Source: Bugula neritina (taxonomy: Eukaryota > Animalia > Bryozoa). Taken from it: a stretch of DNA of 64,000 bases. How positions within the stretch are numbered: the stretch's first letter is position 1; each line of letters starts with the position of its first letter. A program made the translations under genes and the position numbers. The notes beneath the pieces were generated by a model, which saw nothing but the letters and a program-made list of their open reading frames with translations, was not told the DNA's origin and searched no databases. The stretch is taken from positions 27,093,504 to 27,157,503 of the forward strand of contig OZ037765.1 of assembly GCA_964035545.1 (NCBI GenBank). Direction: 5' to 3'. Shown here one piece after another: positions 53,228 to 64,000 of the stretch.

Positions 53228-56200
53228 CTACTGCTCAGCTTGCACCTCTTCAGAATTTACTGGTGCATCTCCCGATTCAGCAGGCCCCTCTTCCACTTTA
53301 TCTAAATACTCGCCGATAATATCCCTAAGTCTTGTCCATGCCCGCTCAGGAATTGTTATAGCAGTTCTAAAGTTGCTGCGTACCTGATAAAAAGAAACAT
53401 ATTGCAAGGAAACTTATTTTGAAACTTCAGGAATGAAAAAGTATGTCTTCAGCAAAATGCAAGCAATCTGCAATATTTTCATGTGTATAGCAAGGCATAC
53501 ATTGTTGACATAGCTAGCGGCAGAAACGGATACAGATTCATATACCCAAAACAGATAACTCCACTATAGTCAATTAATTAAAGCTACTGTCAAAACATGT
53601 GTCTAAAAGGTGCTGAGCACATGGCATCTATTCGCTAAGTAACTCAATGTAGAAACTTGAAGCCTCAAATGTCTAGACTAAGTCAATTCCACTATCAATA
53701 ATACACTAAATGACACCATAAATTTAAACATGTTAAGTAGCCATGTGACTGCAGTGATGAAAATACCAAGATCAACACATGGTGACTAGGCATTATAATT
53801 CTTAGATACATTATCACCTGTAATTAACTGGTACCAACCTCAGATATCCGCATGTAGGTACCACGGTTATTTTGCCCAATGTCAAAGTAGAACATTTTAT
53901 TTTCAACCCTCATTGACTTGCTTTCAGGCAATTCCACAGATGTTTCTGCAATAACAAAAAATTCTATGACACATGAAGACCCTACTTCAACACAGTATAA
54001 AAAGGACTGATCAATTTCTCCGCATTCCCAATAGAAGCAATAACATAAAATTTACCTTGATCATCCGTTCCATAGTCCTCAAGAAGTTTTGATAGAGTAT
54101 CTCCAAAGTCGCCCATTCCTTGAGCTGGAATAGCTATTTGCGATCGGGGACCTCCTCTAGGTTGAGTCTGAGAAACTCTGAGGAATCTTCCACGTTGATT
54201 TTCTTTCAAGTCAAGATAGTATCTCCTGGTGCCCCCAATAATATGTGAACTTTTTAGTTTACCATCTTCTGGTACATTGTCGGGATTTGGTGGATCTATA
54301 TATAGATAATATTACAAAACCCATTTCCTAAATAGTCACAAAAATTAAGTCTTACTAAAATAGTTTTAAATCAAACTGATTTTACAATTACAAAAAAAGT
54401 ATAATTATATAAACAATTGATACTCAAATACATGCAAAGTAACGTTTTATAAAATGCTGAGTAAGTTATGCTTGTGGAAACCAACCATACCACAATAATG
54501 TTTATCGGTGTAAAATTAATGAAAATGAGTTTTCAATCAGTTTTACCTAATGCTTCATAGAACTCATTGAATTCGATTAGATGGTCTCTGAATTCAGCCG
54601 CATTAGACATTGACAATAGGAGACGACTCTTTCTACCCCCAGCACCAACCTACGAGAAATATGAGTTATGCGCTCTTTGCAGAGGTAGTTGTTACAAAAA
54701 ACTAAATACAGTAGCAAAATCACAATGAAATATCATAGACTATATAAAGAAAAATTGGCACTAGTTGACATAACATGCTAGGCAATGCAAAAAGCACCAA
54801 CTTTTGAATTAGCTACTTCATTTGGCAACACGAACATGCATTTCTTTGCAAAATTATTGAATATCAATTTTTGCTAATGAAATACTGCATAAATCAAATG
54901 CAATTCTGATAGCAACCATATCACTTGTTCTATGATGATAAACGAACAATTACCTCAGCCACTTTAATGAACCTCCCTCGCCGATTCTGCTTCACATCTA
55001 GGTAGAACCTTTTGGACTGGATTTGCAACATTTTGCTATCCAATTCCTGTTCACCTATTGACAGACAATAGAAAATATGAAAATCTCATCGAGGTAAAGC
55101 AGTTTTAGAAAAACTCAAGAAAACTCGTTTATGGTATTTTTTCAAAAAACTGTAATGCAGCCATTGACAATCAACAAACGCGCATTAGTGGACGGCAGAT
55201 AGAAGAGCTAGGAAAGCAGAGAGGGTGTTATGGGATATCACACACTATGCTAGGACAGGGAGCAAACCTATATATTGATTACACTATATCTAAATTAAAT
55301 AAATTTCAAACAACTTAGTGGCAAAAACCCAGATGTAATGTAATATTATAGTATAGAAATCTAAAGGTCGGCATAATAGTACTATTTTTTATTCAGTAAG
55401 GTCATCAAACTGCCATATAAAATATTTACTTATTACACAGGTCTACCTAATAGTACTATTTTTTATTCAGTAAGGTCATCAAACTGCCATATAAAATATT
55501 TACTTATTACACAGGTCTACCTATCTTCACAGATGATTAGAAAGGTCTAAGATTTTGTTAGTGGACAGTAGTGAACAAATGGTGGCTAGACTTAAATCAA
55601 AGTTATTAATAGTGTACATGCCAACACCAATATAATAATACAGAAAGGACAGTATTAGGGACGATTTACTATGATTTACTATTACCGGCTTGGCTCGATG
55701 AAGTACTTTCAGCTCCAGGGGATAGAGGGGCGGCCTCGTAGGCCCCACCATTACCATTTACTATCTCTATTTGGACATAATATGAATTATTGTCAAATAA
55801 TCTCATGATATGTATGTATCTTGAGTATACAGATAGCCATCTGCACACAAGTTGTAAGAGTAATTTCTTTTTCCAGCCATCAGTTACATAATATTGGACA
55901 TGGATGTGAACACAACATTTTTAAAAAGTCTAATACCGGAGTACGCCTGAGCTAAACTAAAAAATAGCCATGACTGAAGTGTGTAATAGGCAAGGACAAG
56001 GGATTTAATTTTTGTAAGATGCAGCAGTTCACTTTTTCAGCGTAGATACTGCCTGCAGATGGCTCTGAAAGTTTAATTTGGTAATAGTAAACCAACTAAA
56101 AATTCAAAATTTTATTGACAGCCATGTATAAAGCTGATTCGAAAGATTTGCAGTGAATAATTTTCAGTAAATTGTGCAATGAGTAGTGAATTTAGTTTTT

Positions 56201-58539
56201 GGCCACCAGAACTTATTGTAAATTAGCATCTCTTTGCTTATTGTTCTAGTTTAAACAAGGTAGCTGGTGTGATATTGGGAAAGAATTGGAGGAAAAACAG
56301 GCTGTGGAATCTACAGTAAATTCATCTAAATATGAAGGTGGGAATGGAACTTGATAAATAATGTTTACTATTAGTAATACAGTCTGATTAAATAAAATTA
56401 GCAAAGAGTGTGCTTTAAAATTTAAAACGATCAACGAAATGACGAGAAGAAAAGACAATTGAATTAGAAAAGATCTAGAAAAGGAAAAAGAGAGCATAGA
56501 TTACGTAGATAAAAGCAATGTTTTTGAGACTGAAATCTCAACAGAAATTAGAGGACATGGTGAAAAACAGCAACAGTGATATTTCTGCTAATTGCTCAAC
56601 TGTTGATTTGATATAGTATAACTTATATGGTGACAAGCAACATAATTATTGGCCAATCAACTACTGTCAGAATTATTTATTTGAAAAAGAAATACAATAG
56701 CCTACACGGTATTTTTTACAAATAGACTTTTAAGAAATTTTTAAGCAAAAGCAGTTATAAGTGAGTAAATATTCACCATAATTATTAATATTTAAAATGT
56801 ATTGTGAATTAAATGCAGAGAATCTACCCAATTTCTCAATTTAGGCAGTAAATCATACAAATGGGTTTTAGATACCAATCAATTTATTCAATTGCACATA
56901 CTATTTTAATTCAGTTTCTCAATAAAACAGCATATACATATAAAATAAATATTTATTTGCCTATTCAAAAGTTATGTCAAATTTAAAGTAAGCCAACAGG
57001 TTAAACCTATTTTTTTAGTAATGAATGATGCCGTAGCAAAAATGATAAGTTACAAAAAATATCTATGAAATGAACTACTAAATACTCAAAGTTAATAAAG
57101 TATAAGACATATAACGAGTTTCTTTATTAGTACGAATAAAGGTTAAAATTAATTTCCATATGGAATGGGTAATTGCCAGCAAATGTTAGTCATATATGTT
57201 AGTTAGAGTGACATCACTGTGTCCATGAATCAAGCATCATGACTTTGACATAATCTAGTACTAAGGGACTTTAATGTGAGCTCAAGTTAAACGCTTAAAC
57301 TTATTTATAATTCGAGACTAAGTTACATTCACCTAAAAATAAATTGAAATATTGAACCTTAGTCAAAGCCCAGTTATTATAATAAACAGCTGATATTGAT
57401 AGCAATGGTCAGCAACAAATTAACAGATAAATCACAGTTGCACCCACAAGGAAATTATAATAAATACAAATAATATTATTTTAATGATATTAATATTTTA
57501 TCAGTATTTCAAATATTAAATTTAAGATCAATACACTTTTCAGTTAAACTTACCATTACTAATAGTAAGACTAATAGTTTACTCATTGATACATATTTAA
57601 AATATTGAAATTACTCTCATGCGAGACTGAGTTGATATTCAAATTTAAATCTATATTACTATTAGTATTAGTTATTGACTTGGAGTATTAGATTTTTATT
57701 TGACAAACTTATCAATACTAATAATAATGACAAGTTTTATTTTTATCAATTTAAATTTTATTTTAATAATTTAAATGATTAGAAAAAGAAATACATTTTT
57801 ATCATTATGGTATTCATATTGATCATCATCATTCAATGATTGTCATTATGATTATCATGATGACGATCTTGATTATGTTTACGATCTTCTTCGGAAATTA
57901 TTCAACTATTATCCCCTTGAAGTTGATCACGATGACGATGAGTTCATCATGAGACATAATCATAATGAGAATGATAATAAGTACAACTAATACCTATCAC
58001 TATCAGTATCACTGTTGACAATACGTCAATAGTATTAATATTAGTATAAGTATTACTAATAACTATAACCTGAAAAATTAAGTATTGCCATCACCTTCAC
58101 TACTTAAACTTAAAGTTAATATAAATATTATAATTTATCTTCATGATATTGATAATCTTTCATTCTTTGAACTTATCTTAATCTTACTCTAGCCTTAGGC
58201 TTATATTAATATAATATATTAATATTTTAATTTAGATTAATATTACACTTATGCTTATAGTTATAGTTATAATAGTAAAAATATCAGTTATTACTTATAC
58301 TTAATGTGCATACTTATTGTTACAGGCCCATAGTAATAGGCTATAGCTATAGTGATGTTTAAACTTGAAGCAAAAGTTATTGGATGATTGAATTTGAATT
58401 TCATTTTGATTTTCCACTTGAACTTCAGAAAAAAATAAAATTTTAGCTCACTGCTATAAGATTAGCAATAAATAATATTTTTATGCATACCTTGACCACC
58501 GTCAGATTTAAACCCACCATCTCCTTCAACAGCAGACAT
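53228..58539 (-). CDS. PURA: Pur-alpha (three PUR repeats). Exons 58491-58539, putative 55686-55760, 54954-55054, 54547-54649, 54056-54295, 53839-53945, 53228-53383
   Basis: [33 protein letters not shown]|[67 protein letters not shown]|[16 protein letters not shown]. Phases are consistent. Confidence 0.95.
55374..55523. repeat. ~74-bp near-perfect tandem duplication in a PURA intron
   Basis: taatagtactattttttattcagtaaggtcatcaaactgcc...acaggtctaccta starts at both 55374 and 55448. Confidence 0.92.
57550..58420. repeat. Degenerate periodic tract at the start of PURA intron 1
   Basis: For example attgtcattatgattatcatgatgacgatcttgattatg and acttatgcttatagttatagttat. Confidence 0.65.
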
Positions 58540-60057
58540 TATCACCAATCCAAATTAACCTTCCACAGTAGAACCAGACGCTGCAACAGCTCCTTCTTCA
58601 ACTCCTTTCGGCGTTCCAACTTGCGTTACGTGCTCCCAAGCTAGTCTTTTATTATGTCCGATAGACTGATTGCATTAATAGTAGCTTTGCCTAACCAAAA
58701 TAAAGGCATCAGATTCGGTCTAATACCGGGTACGCGCATATGCCCACTCTACTGACCGGGCAACGTAGGAGAGGACAACACTATATATACAATGCATTGT
58801 CGTCCACAGGATTACTATGAAAGCTTGTTTGTATCATTGATGTACATATTATATGTCCTTTAATCCCTTGATTTTCATAAAATGGTTGGACGATGCACTT
58901 GATTCTTCATTTTGTTTGAAACTAATGGAACTTATCAAATATGTTATATCTATCATATAAAATTTTAGACAAATAATTTTATAATTATGCCATTTTGTAC
59001 ATAAGGAAGTTTCCAACCACTAATTTGGAATACGGACACATCAATATATATCTCATTTTAGTATTTCTAGCCTTATAGTTGAAAATGCAACTTTGTGTAT
59101 GGGTTTTTTATCTCGCAAGTTGCAAATGGATTGAATGAAAAATGTGGGTGAACAAATTAAACTCAACATTAGTATTTAGCAAGTTTAGGATTTCATCATG
59201 ACATGTTATTATAAATTTTTGTCCAAGCCGTTCATTATAGTTGGACTTGGTGAAGCAGATAAGTGAAGAGTTTGGCAAAACACTGGCGTAATTTGCATTT
59301 TATTTTAAAACTTTATAATGTATAAACCTACAGCAAATAGAAATACAGAATGATATGCTCATGCTTTACTTCCATTAACTAAAAACAACCAATAGTAAAA
59401 CAAGCTTAGCTGACAAAAGATTAGGTTTAAGCAGAATGCTATACAAGGATTTCTCTTTAATGAACTAGTTTCATGTAGTCATTTTGATTCTGAAAGATCA
59501 GATATTCTTTCAGTTTCACTAACAGATAATGTAAAGTAAAACCAAATTCAATGACTAGATTGTGACACAGATTTTATTTACACATCCTTTTCCAACATAG
59601 TTTCACTCTTCAGTATTGCCAACTCATTGAAACCATTGAAATACACATAATTTTGCCTCACTTAGCATTTCTCTAGCATTCAAATAATAAAAATAATTCT
59701 AGCTGTCAAAAGAAATCTAAACAGGAAACAATATATTCAATTAATTAAATTAACACTTATTTGCTAGATCACAAGAGTCAGTGTTGCTTTGTAGTAAACA
59801 GCTAATAATTCCTACTACTTCAGGGAGTGAAATCACCTCACCATGGACTTTGACATCATATTTGACAATTAAAGATAGTTTAGGCTAGGTTCCTCTGCAT
59901 ATCATCTACATAACATAAAACTCCAAAGATGTAGTTCATTCTAGCCGCAAATGCAGCTTATAGCAAATTTATTCCATTCTTATTAGTTTATTCAAAACAA
60001 AATTAAGCTATAGGCAATACAAAAATTAAACCAACATTAACTCACAATTAAATTATG

Positions 60058-60279
60058 CTATTTTATCACAATTTTATGTAATAATTCCTTGATTTGGTGA
60101 ATATAATCAGCGGTTGGCTTAGCCACTTTTCTAAATTCTACAGTTGAAGTCCTGGGACATTGCATTTCTCTCCAGGATATGGGAAGCATAGCGGCTCCAG
60201 CCTCACTGTAAGCTACAATTACTCCCAACTCATTCTCAGCTGTAGATAAAATATATGACTGAGAGTCACCAATTGATAT
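60058..60279 (-). CDS. EXOSC1: Terminal coding exon of exosome component Csl4/EXOSC1 (upstream exons not found in the window)
   Basis: ag|ISIGDSQSYILSTAENELGVIVAYSEAGAAMLPISWREMQCPRTSTVEFRKVAKPTADYIHQIKELLHKIVIK* closely matches the EXOSC1 C-terminus ISLGD...TTAENELGVVVAHSESG..MVPISWCEMQCPKT...EFRKVA. Confidence 0.88.
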   Translation of the reverse strand: MSIGDSQSYILSTAENELGVIVAYSEAGAAMLPISWREMQCPRTSTVEFRKVAKPTADYIHQIKELLHKIVIK

Positions 60280-61198
60280 CTAGTCATTGAGTAGTTATGG
60301 AATAGTATGTAGTCATGTGTATATAGCTACAGATAGATGACAGGCTAGAGGTTGACTTTTTTTATGGCTGATTCATTCAACTAAAAGACCACTCAGTAAT
60401 CCCCATCAGGTGGCCAAGCTTTTCAATTGTTACAGCCAAGTCAAACTTATCCAGTATCCGTTTTTGATAAATAGTTATGGTATAAAACCACATCGTAATA
60501 TTATTTGCCAATACTAGAGATTAGCTTAAAACTTAAGCTATGCAAGTATTACGCAATATTTTAATTATCAAAATGAGGTGTATTGAAATTATCTTAAAGG
60601 CCAAGTATAAGTAAAGCACTATATTATGCTTCTAGATATCACCAAATCCATGTCTGCACCTACAAGCCACACATAAATTTTCTAGAGATTTTATATCAAT
60701 ACAGTAAATCCTGCATGTTTTAGAATTTCCAGTATTCACTGAAGCTATGCAGATTAGATGAATCAAAATAAACATACACAATTAGAAAAACCCACTTTGT
60801 AGTTTACAGTAATTAGTTTAAATATAGTTGCTTGCTAAAATAATTCAACTTTTCGTTTACTTTCTATTGCTTACTTTGAAGCTGTAGACAAAGGAAAACC
60901 AACAAAACATGCACTTTGGAATTATCCGTCTAAGAAAATAGCTTTACAATAGATATTGGTATCTAATATTAACTATTAGAAAGATCCCCCAATGCTTTGC
61001 ACGAAATTTTTCTTAAACCTGACAACTAGAATCTTATTAGAAAGAAATGTTAATTATAGACTGGTTTTAAAAAGAGCTTCCTCCAAAAAATATAAATAAA
61101 AAATTGCATCTGGCCAAACAACAATTTGAATAAGTTATCTACTTCAGCTTTAAAAAGCCTAATAGAGGGGTTTCAGACATCCCTCTAGGGGAATTTGT

Positions 61199-64000
61199 AT
61201 TTTAAAGTTGTCTCCCCTTACAGGGATTGGGGGCAGTCTCGATGATATATAGAAGGCCCATAAAATAAGTAGAAATGTAAGATTTGAGTGAAGACTACTA
61301 CTAGTATAAGTTTCATTTTTTCTGAGATTAATATTTTGGCATAAATACACATATGAGCAGTTTCAGAAATTTTTTAAAAAAATTTGTTAATGATGAATGG
61401 CACAAAAACAAGACTTCAAAGCATATTTGTGGTTTTGGTTATTGAGCAAATCTGAAGCTGGCAGCTGTCATTATTATTTGCTTTGCTGACTGTAACCAGT
61501 CTGTTTAGAGCTGCTAACCTTTCAACTCTTAGAACAATAATAACATGCTCGTACACTATATAGCTGCACTAGTGGGCTCTGTCTTACTGAACTTCAAACG
61601 CTCCAAATTATGGGTTGGAACACATGCCTGTAGGTTTATGAAGGCACTGGCTCATTTGTATTAACATGTTCACGTACTTACACACCTATACTATGAAAAT
61701 AACTAAGCCACCCTACTATCTAATATTTCTATATATTAAAAAAATTAGTATAAATATAAAGATATGTATTAAAATAAATAGATTAAATTTGTAAAATTTT
61801 CAAGCAACATCTTATCTAAAAATGCCAAACACTGTATAGCTATATATATATATGTTTTAAAAGCATTTGTTTACATGGCATGCCTGCAAGTCAATGAAAA
61901 TATTTAGAGAACAGTAAAAAGAAGCATATAAATTTCAGAATAGTTTCTTCTTTTCTGAGATGAATATTTTGGAAATGTCCCACAATTCAACATTTAAATT
62001 AAATCTGTAAAAAAAATTTCACAGTGTATTTTCAATAAATAATTATTCTTGCAAGCTGTTTGTATACCAACATTCCTAATACAGAAATGTTTTTGGAGCA
62101 TTGTAAATTATATACTGCTGCATTGCAGAAAAAAATCATCAAAAGAAGCACTTTTCAGTCAAATCAACTTGGCTTGTTTCCAAAAAAGAGTTGAAATGTA
62201 CATTTAGTACCAGCTGTAAAGTATAGAAAGAACGAACTATGTCATAATGACTGCATTCTTATGACACTAATGAAATTAAGATTGGATGTACTCCATACGG
62301 ATCTTGCTCATAGGTGGAGTTTAAAATAATGCTACTAAGTTTCACTAAATTCCCAGATAATACTTTTTATATCAAATTATTTGGCTTTGCTGATTTAGCT
62401 ATGTTATGTACATTTTGTACTTATTTATCTCTAGGTCAGTTTTCAGCCATATATTTGACCACATTGCTATACTTCCTTTGTGCCAGCATTTTCTCCTTTA
62501 TATCTTTTCTGTGGTTTCTAATAATTTTCAGTGGTATGTCACTGTATGTAAACAATGTGAACCATCAGGCTATCTCTTACACAATGCATGCTGCTATAAG
62601 AATAACAGCAGCTGTTATGTATTCAATCAACCTCATTGCAAGAATTGTGTTTGCTTGAAGCTCTCTGTTGAGTAGCTGTCTCTCGATATTACATAACTGC
62701 TTGTTTAAGAAAGTGCAAGATGAGAACTGTCCAACTTTAGCCGTCTAACTTAAATTACATTATATAGGATTACATCACTACATAATAAGCTGATTAAACA
62801 ACACATATAAATCGGCCAAAAACACCACACACTTGACTAGCTCTAGTTTGACTCATTTATATTTCGAGTTTTTCACATTACTTGAACATGCTTTAGCCAA
62901 TTTGTTGCATTATTTTTTATCCATACATGTAATACAAGAATTTAGTATATTATTTTTTTAGGTTTGGATTGTCTACTAGGCAGGTATCACAGATATTTAA
63001 TCAGACTGTGAAGTTGCTTAGAGAAGCTTTAAATCCAATGATAGTATTTTATCAACACGCTGAGGTTAATAAAACTATTCCACCTCAATGAACTTTGACC
63101 TAGTTAACTAGACCACTGTAAAATGGCATGCCAGAACAAACACAAACCAGCTTGCAAGAATAATTATTCATTGAGAATACACTGTGAAAAATTATTTTAC
63201 AGACTTGATTTAAAAGTTGAATTGTGGGACATTTCCAAAATATTCATCTCAGAAAAGAACAAACTATTCTGAAATTTATATGCTTCTTTTTACTGTTCTC
63301 TAAATATTTTCATTGACTTGCAGGCATGCCATGTAAACAAATGCTTTTAAAACATATATATAGCTATACAGTGTTTGGCATTTTTAGATAAGATGTTGCT
63401 TGAAATTACAAATTTAATCTATCTATTTTAATACATATCCTTATATTTATAATAATTTTTTAATATATAGAAATATTAGATAGTAGGGTGGCTTAGTTAT
63501 TTTCATAGTATAGGTGTGTAAGTACGTGAACATGTTAATACAAATGAGCCAGTGCCTTCATAAACCTACAGGCATGTGTTCCAACCCATAATTTGGAGCG
63601 TTTGAAGTTCAGTAAGACAGAGCCCACTAGTGCAGCTATATAGTGTACGAGCATGTTATTATTGTTCTAAGAGTTGAAAGGTTAGCAGCTCTAAACAGAC
63701 TGGTTACAGTCAGCAAAGCAAATAATAATGACAGCTGCCAGCTTCAGATTTGCTCAATAACCAAAACCACAAATATGCTTTGAAGTTTTGTTTTTGTGCC
63801 ATTCATCATTAACAAAATTTTTTAAAAAATTTCTGAAACTGCTCATATGTGTACTTATGCCAAAATATTAATCTCAGAAAAAATGAAACTTATACTAGTA
63901 GTAGTCTTCACTCAAACCTTACATTTCTACTTATTTTATGGGCCTTCTATATATCATCGAGACTGCCCCCAATCCCTGTAGGGGGAGACAACTTTAAAAT
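61199..64000. repeat. Long inverted repeat: arms ~61199-62060 and ~63145-64000 (right arm truncated by the window), ~1.1-kb spacer
   Basis: The window end reverse-complements to attttaaagttgtctcccc.acagggattggggg at 61199. Arms are co-linear with only scattered substitutions until the innermost ~70 bp. Confidence 0.96.

Noticed and set aside
62314-62675. Hydrophobic 114-aa and Cys-rich 89-aa plus-strand ORFs in the inverted-repeat spacer as a transposase or membrane protein
   Set aside because: No DDE or other recognisable motif, and composition is typical of random AT-rich sequence.
1-64000. tRNA, rRNA, snRNA or snoRNA genes
   Set aside because: None recognised by eye; an Infernal/Rfam and tRNAscan-SE scan would be needed to exclude intronic small RNAs.

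Overview
AT-rich, compact, intron-containing animal genomic DNA (GT-AG introns; invertebrate-like, possibly lophotrochozoan, but the species cannot be fixed from sequence alone). The ORF track is mostly exon fragments and noise, so genes were rebuilt by hand from splice sites and translation. In order: myosin regulatory light chain (-, two paralogous alternative exon 2s), Ikaros/Hunchback-type C2H2 zinc-finger gene (+), divergent RasGEF/CDC25-domain gene (-), glycogen branching enzyme GBE1 (-), ATP synthase subunit f (+, absent from the ORF track), B-type lamin ending in CVIM (-), short ataxin-1/AXH gene (-), U1A/U2B''/SNF (+), Pur-alpha (-), the last exon of EXOSC1/Csl4 (-, absent from the ORF track), and a near-perfect inverted repeat of at least 860 bp per arm that runs off the window end. 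Top observations: (1) two AUUGCAC U1A-binding boxes in predicted hairpin loops just after the U1A/SNF stop codon, resembling the vertebrate PIE autoregulatory element; (2) degenerate 6-nt-periodic AT-rich tracts beside the 5' ends of the housekeeping-type genes but not the RLC, zinc-finger or RasGEF genes, plus a shared oriented motif TATAGAGTTRTCYYYY upstream of four of them; (3) mutually exclusive RLC exons that swap the phosphorylation region; (4) a tandem array of six copies of a GBE1 splice junction. All family assignments come from recalled motifs, not database searches.
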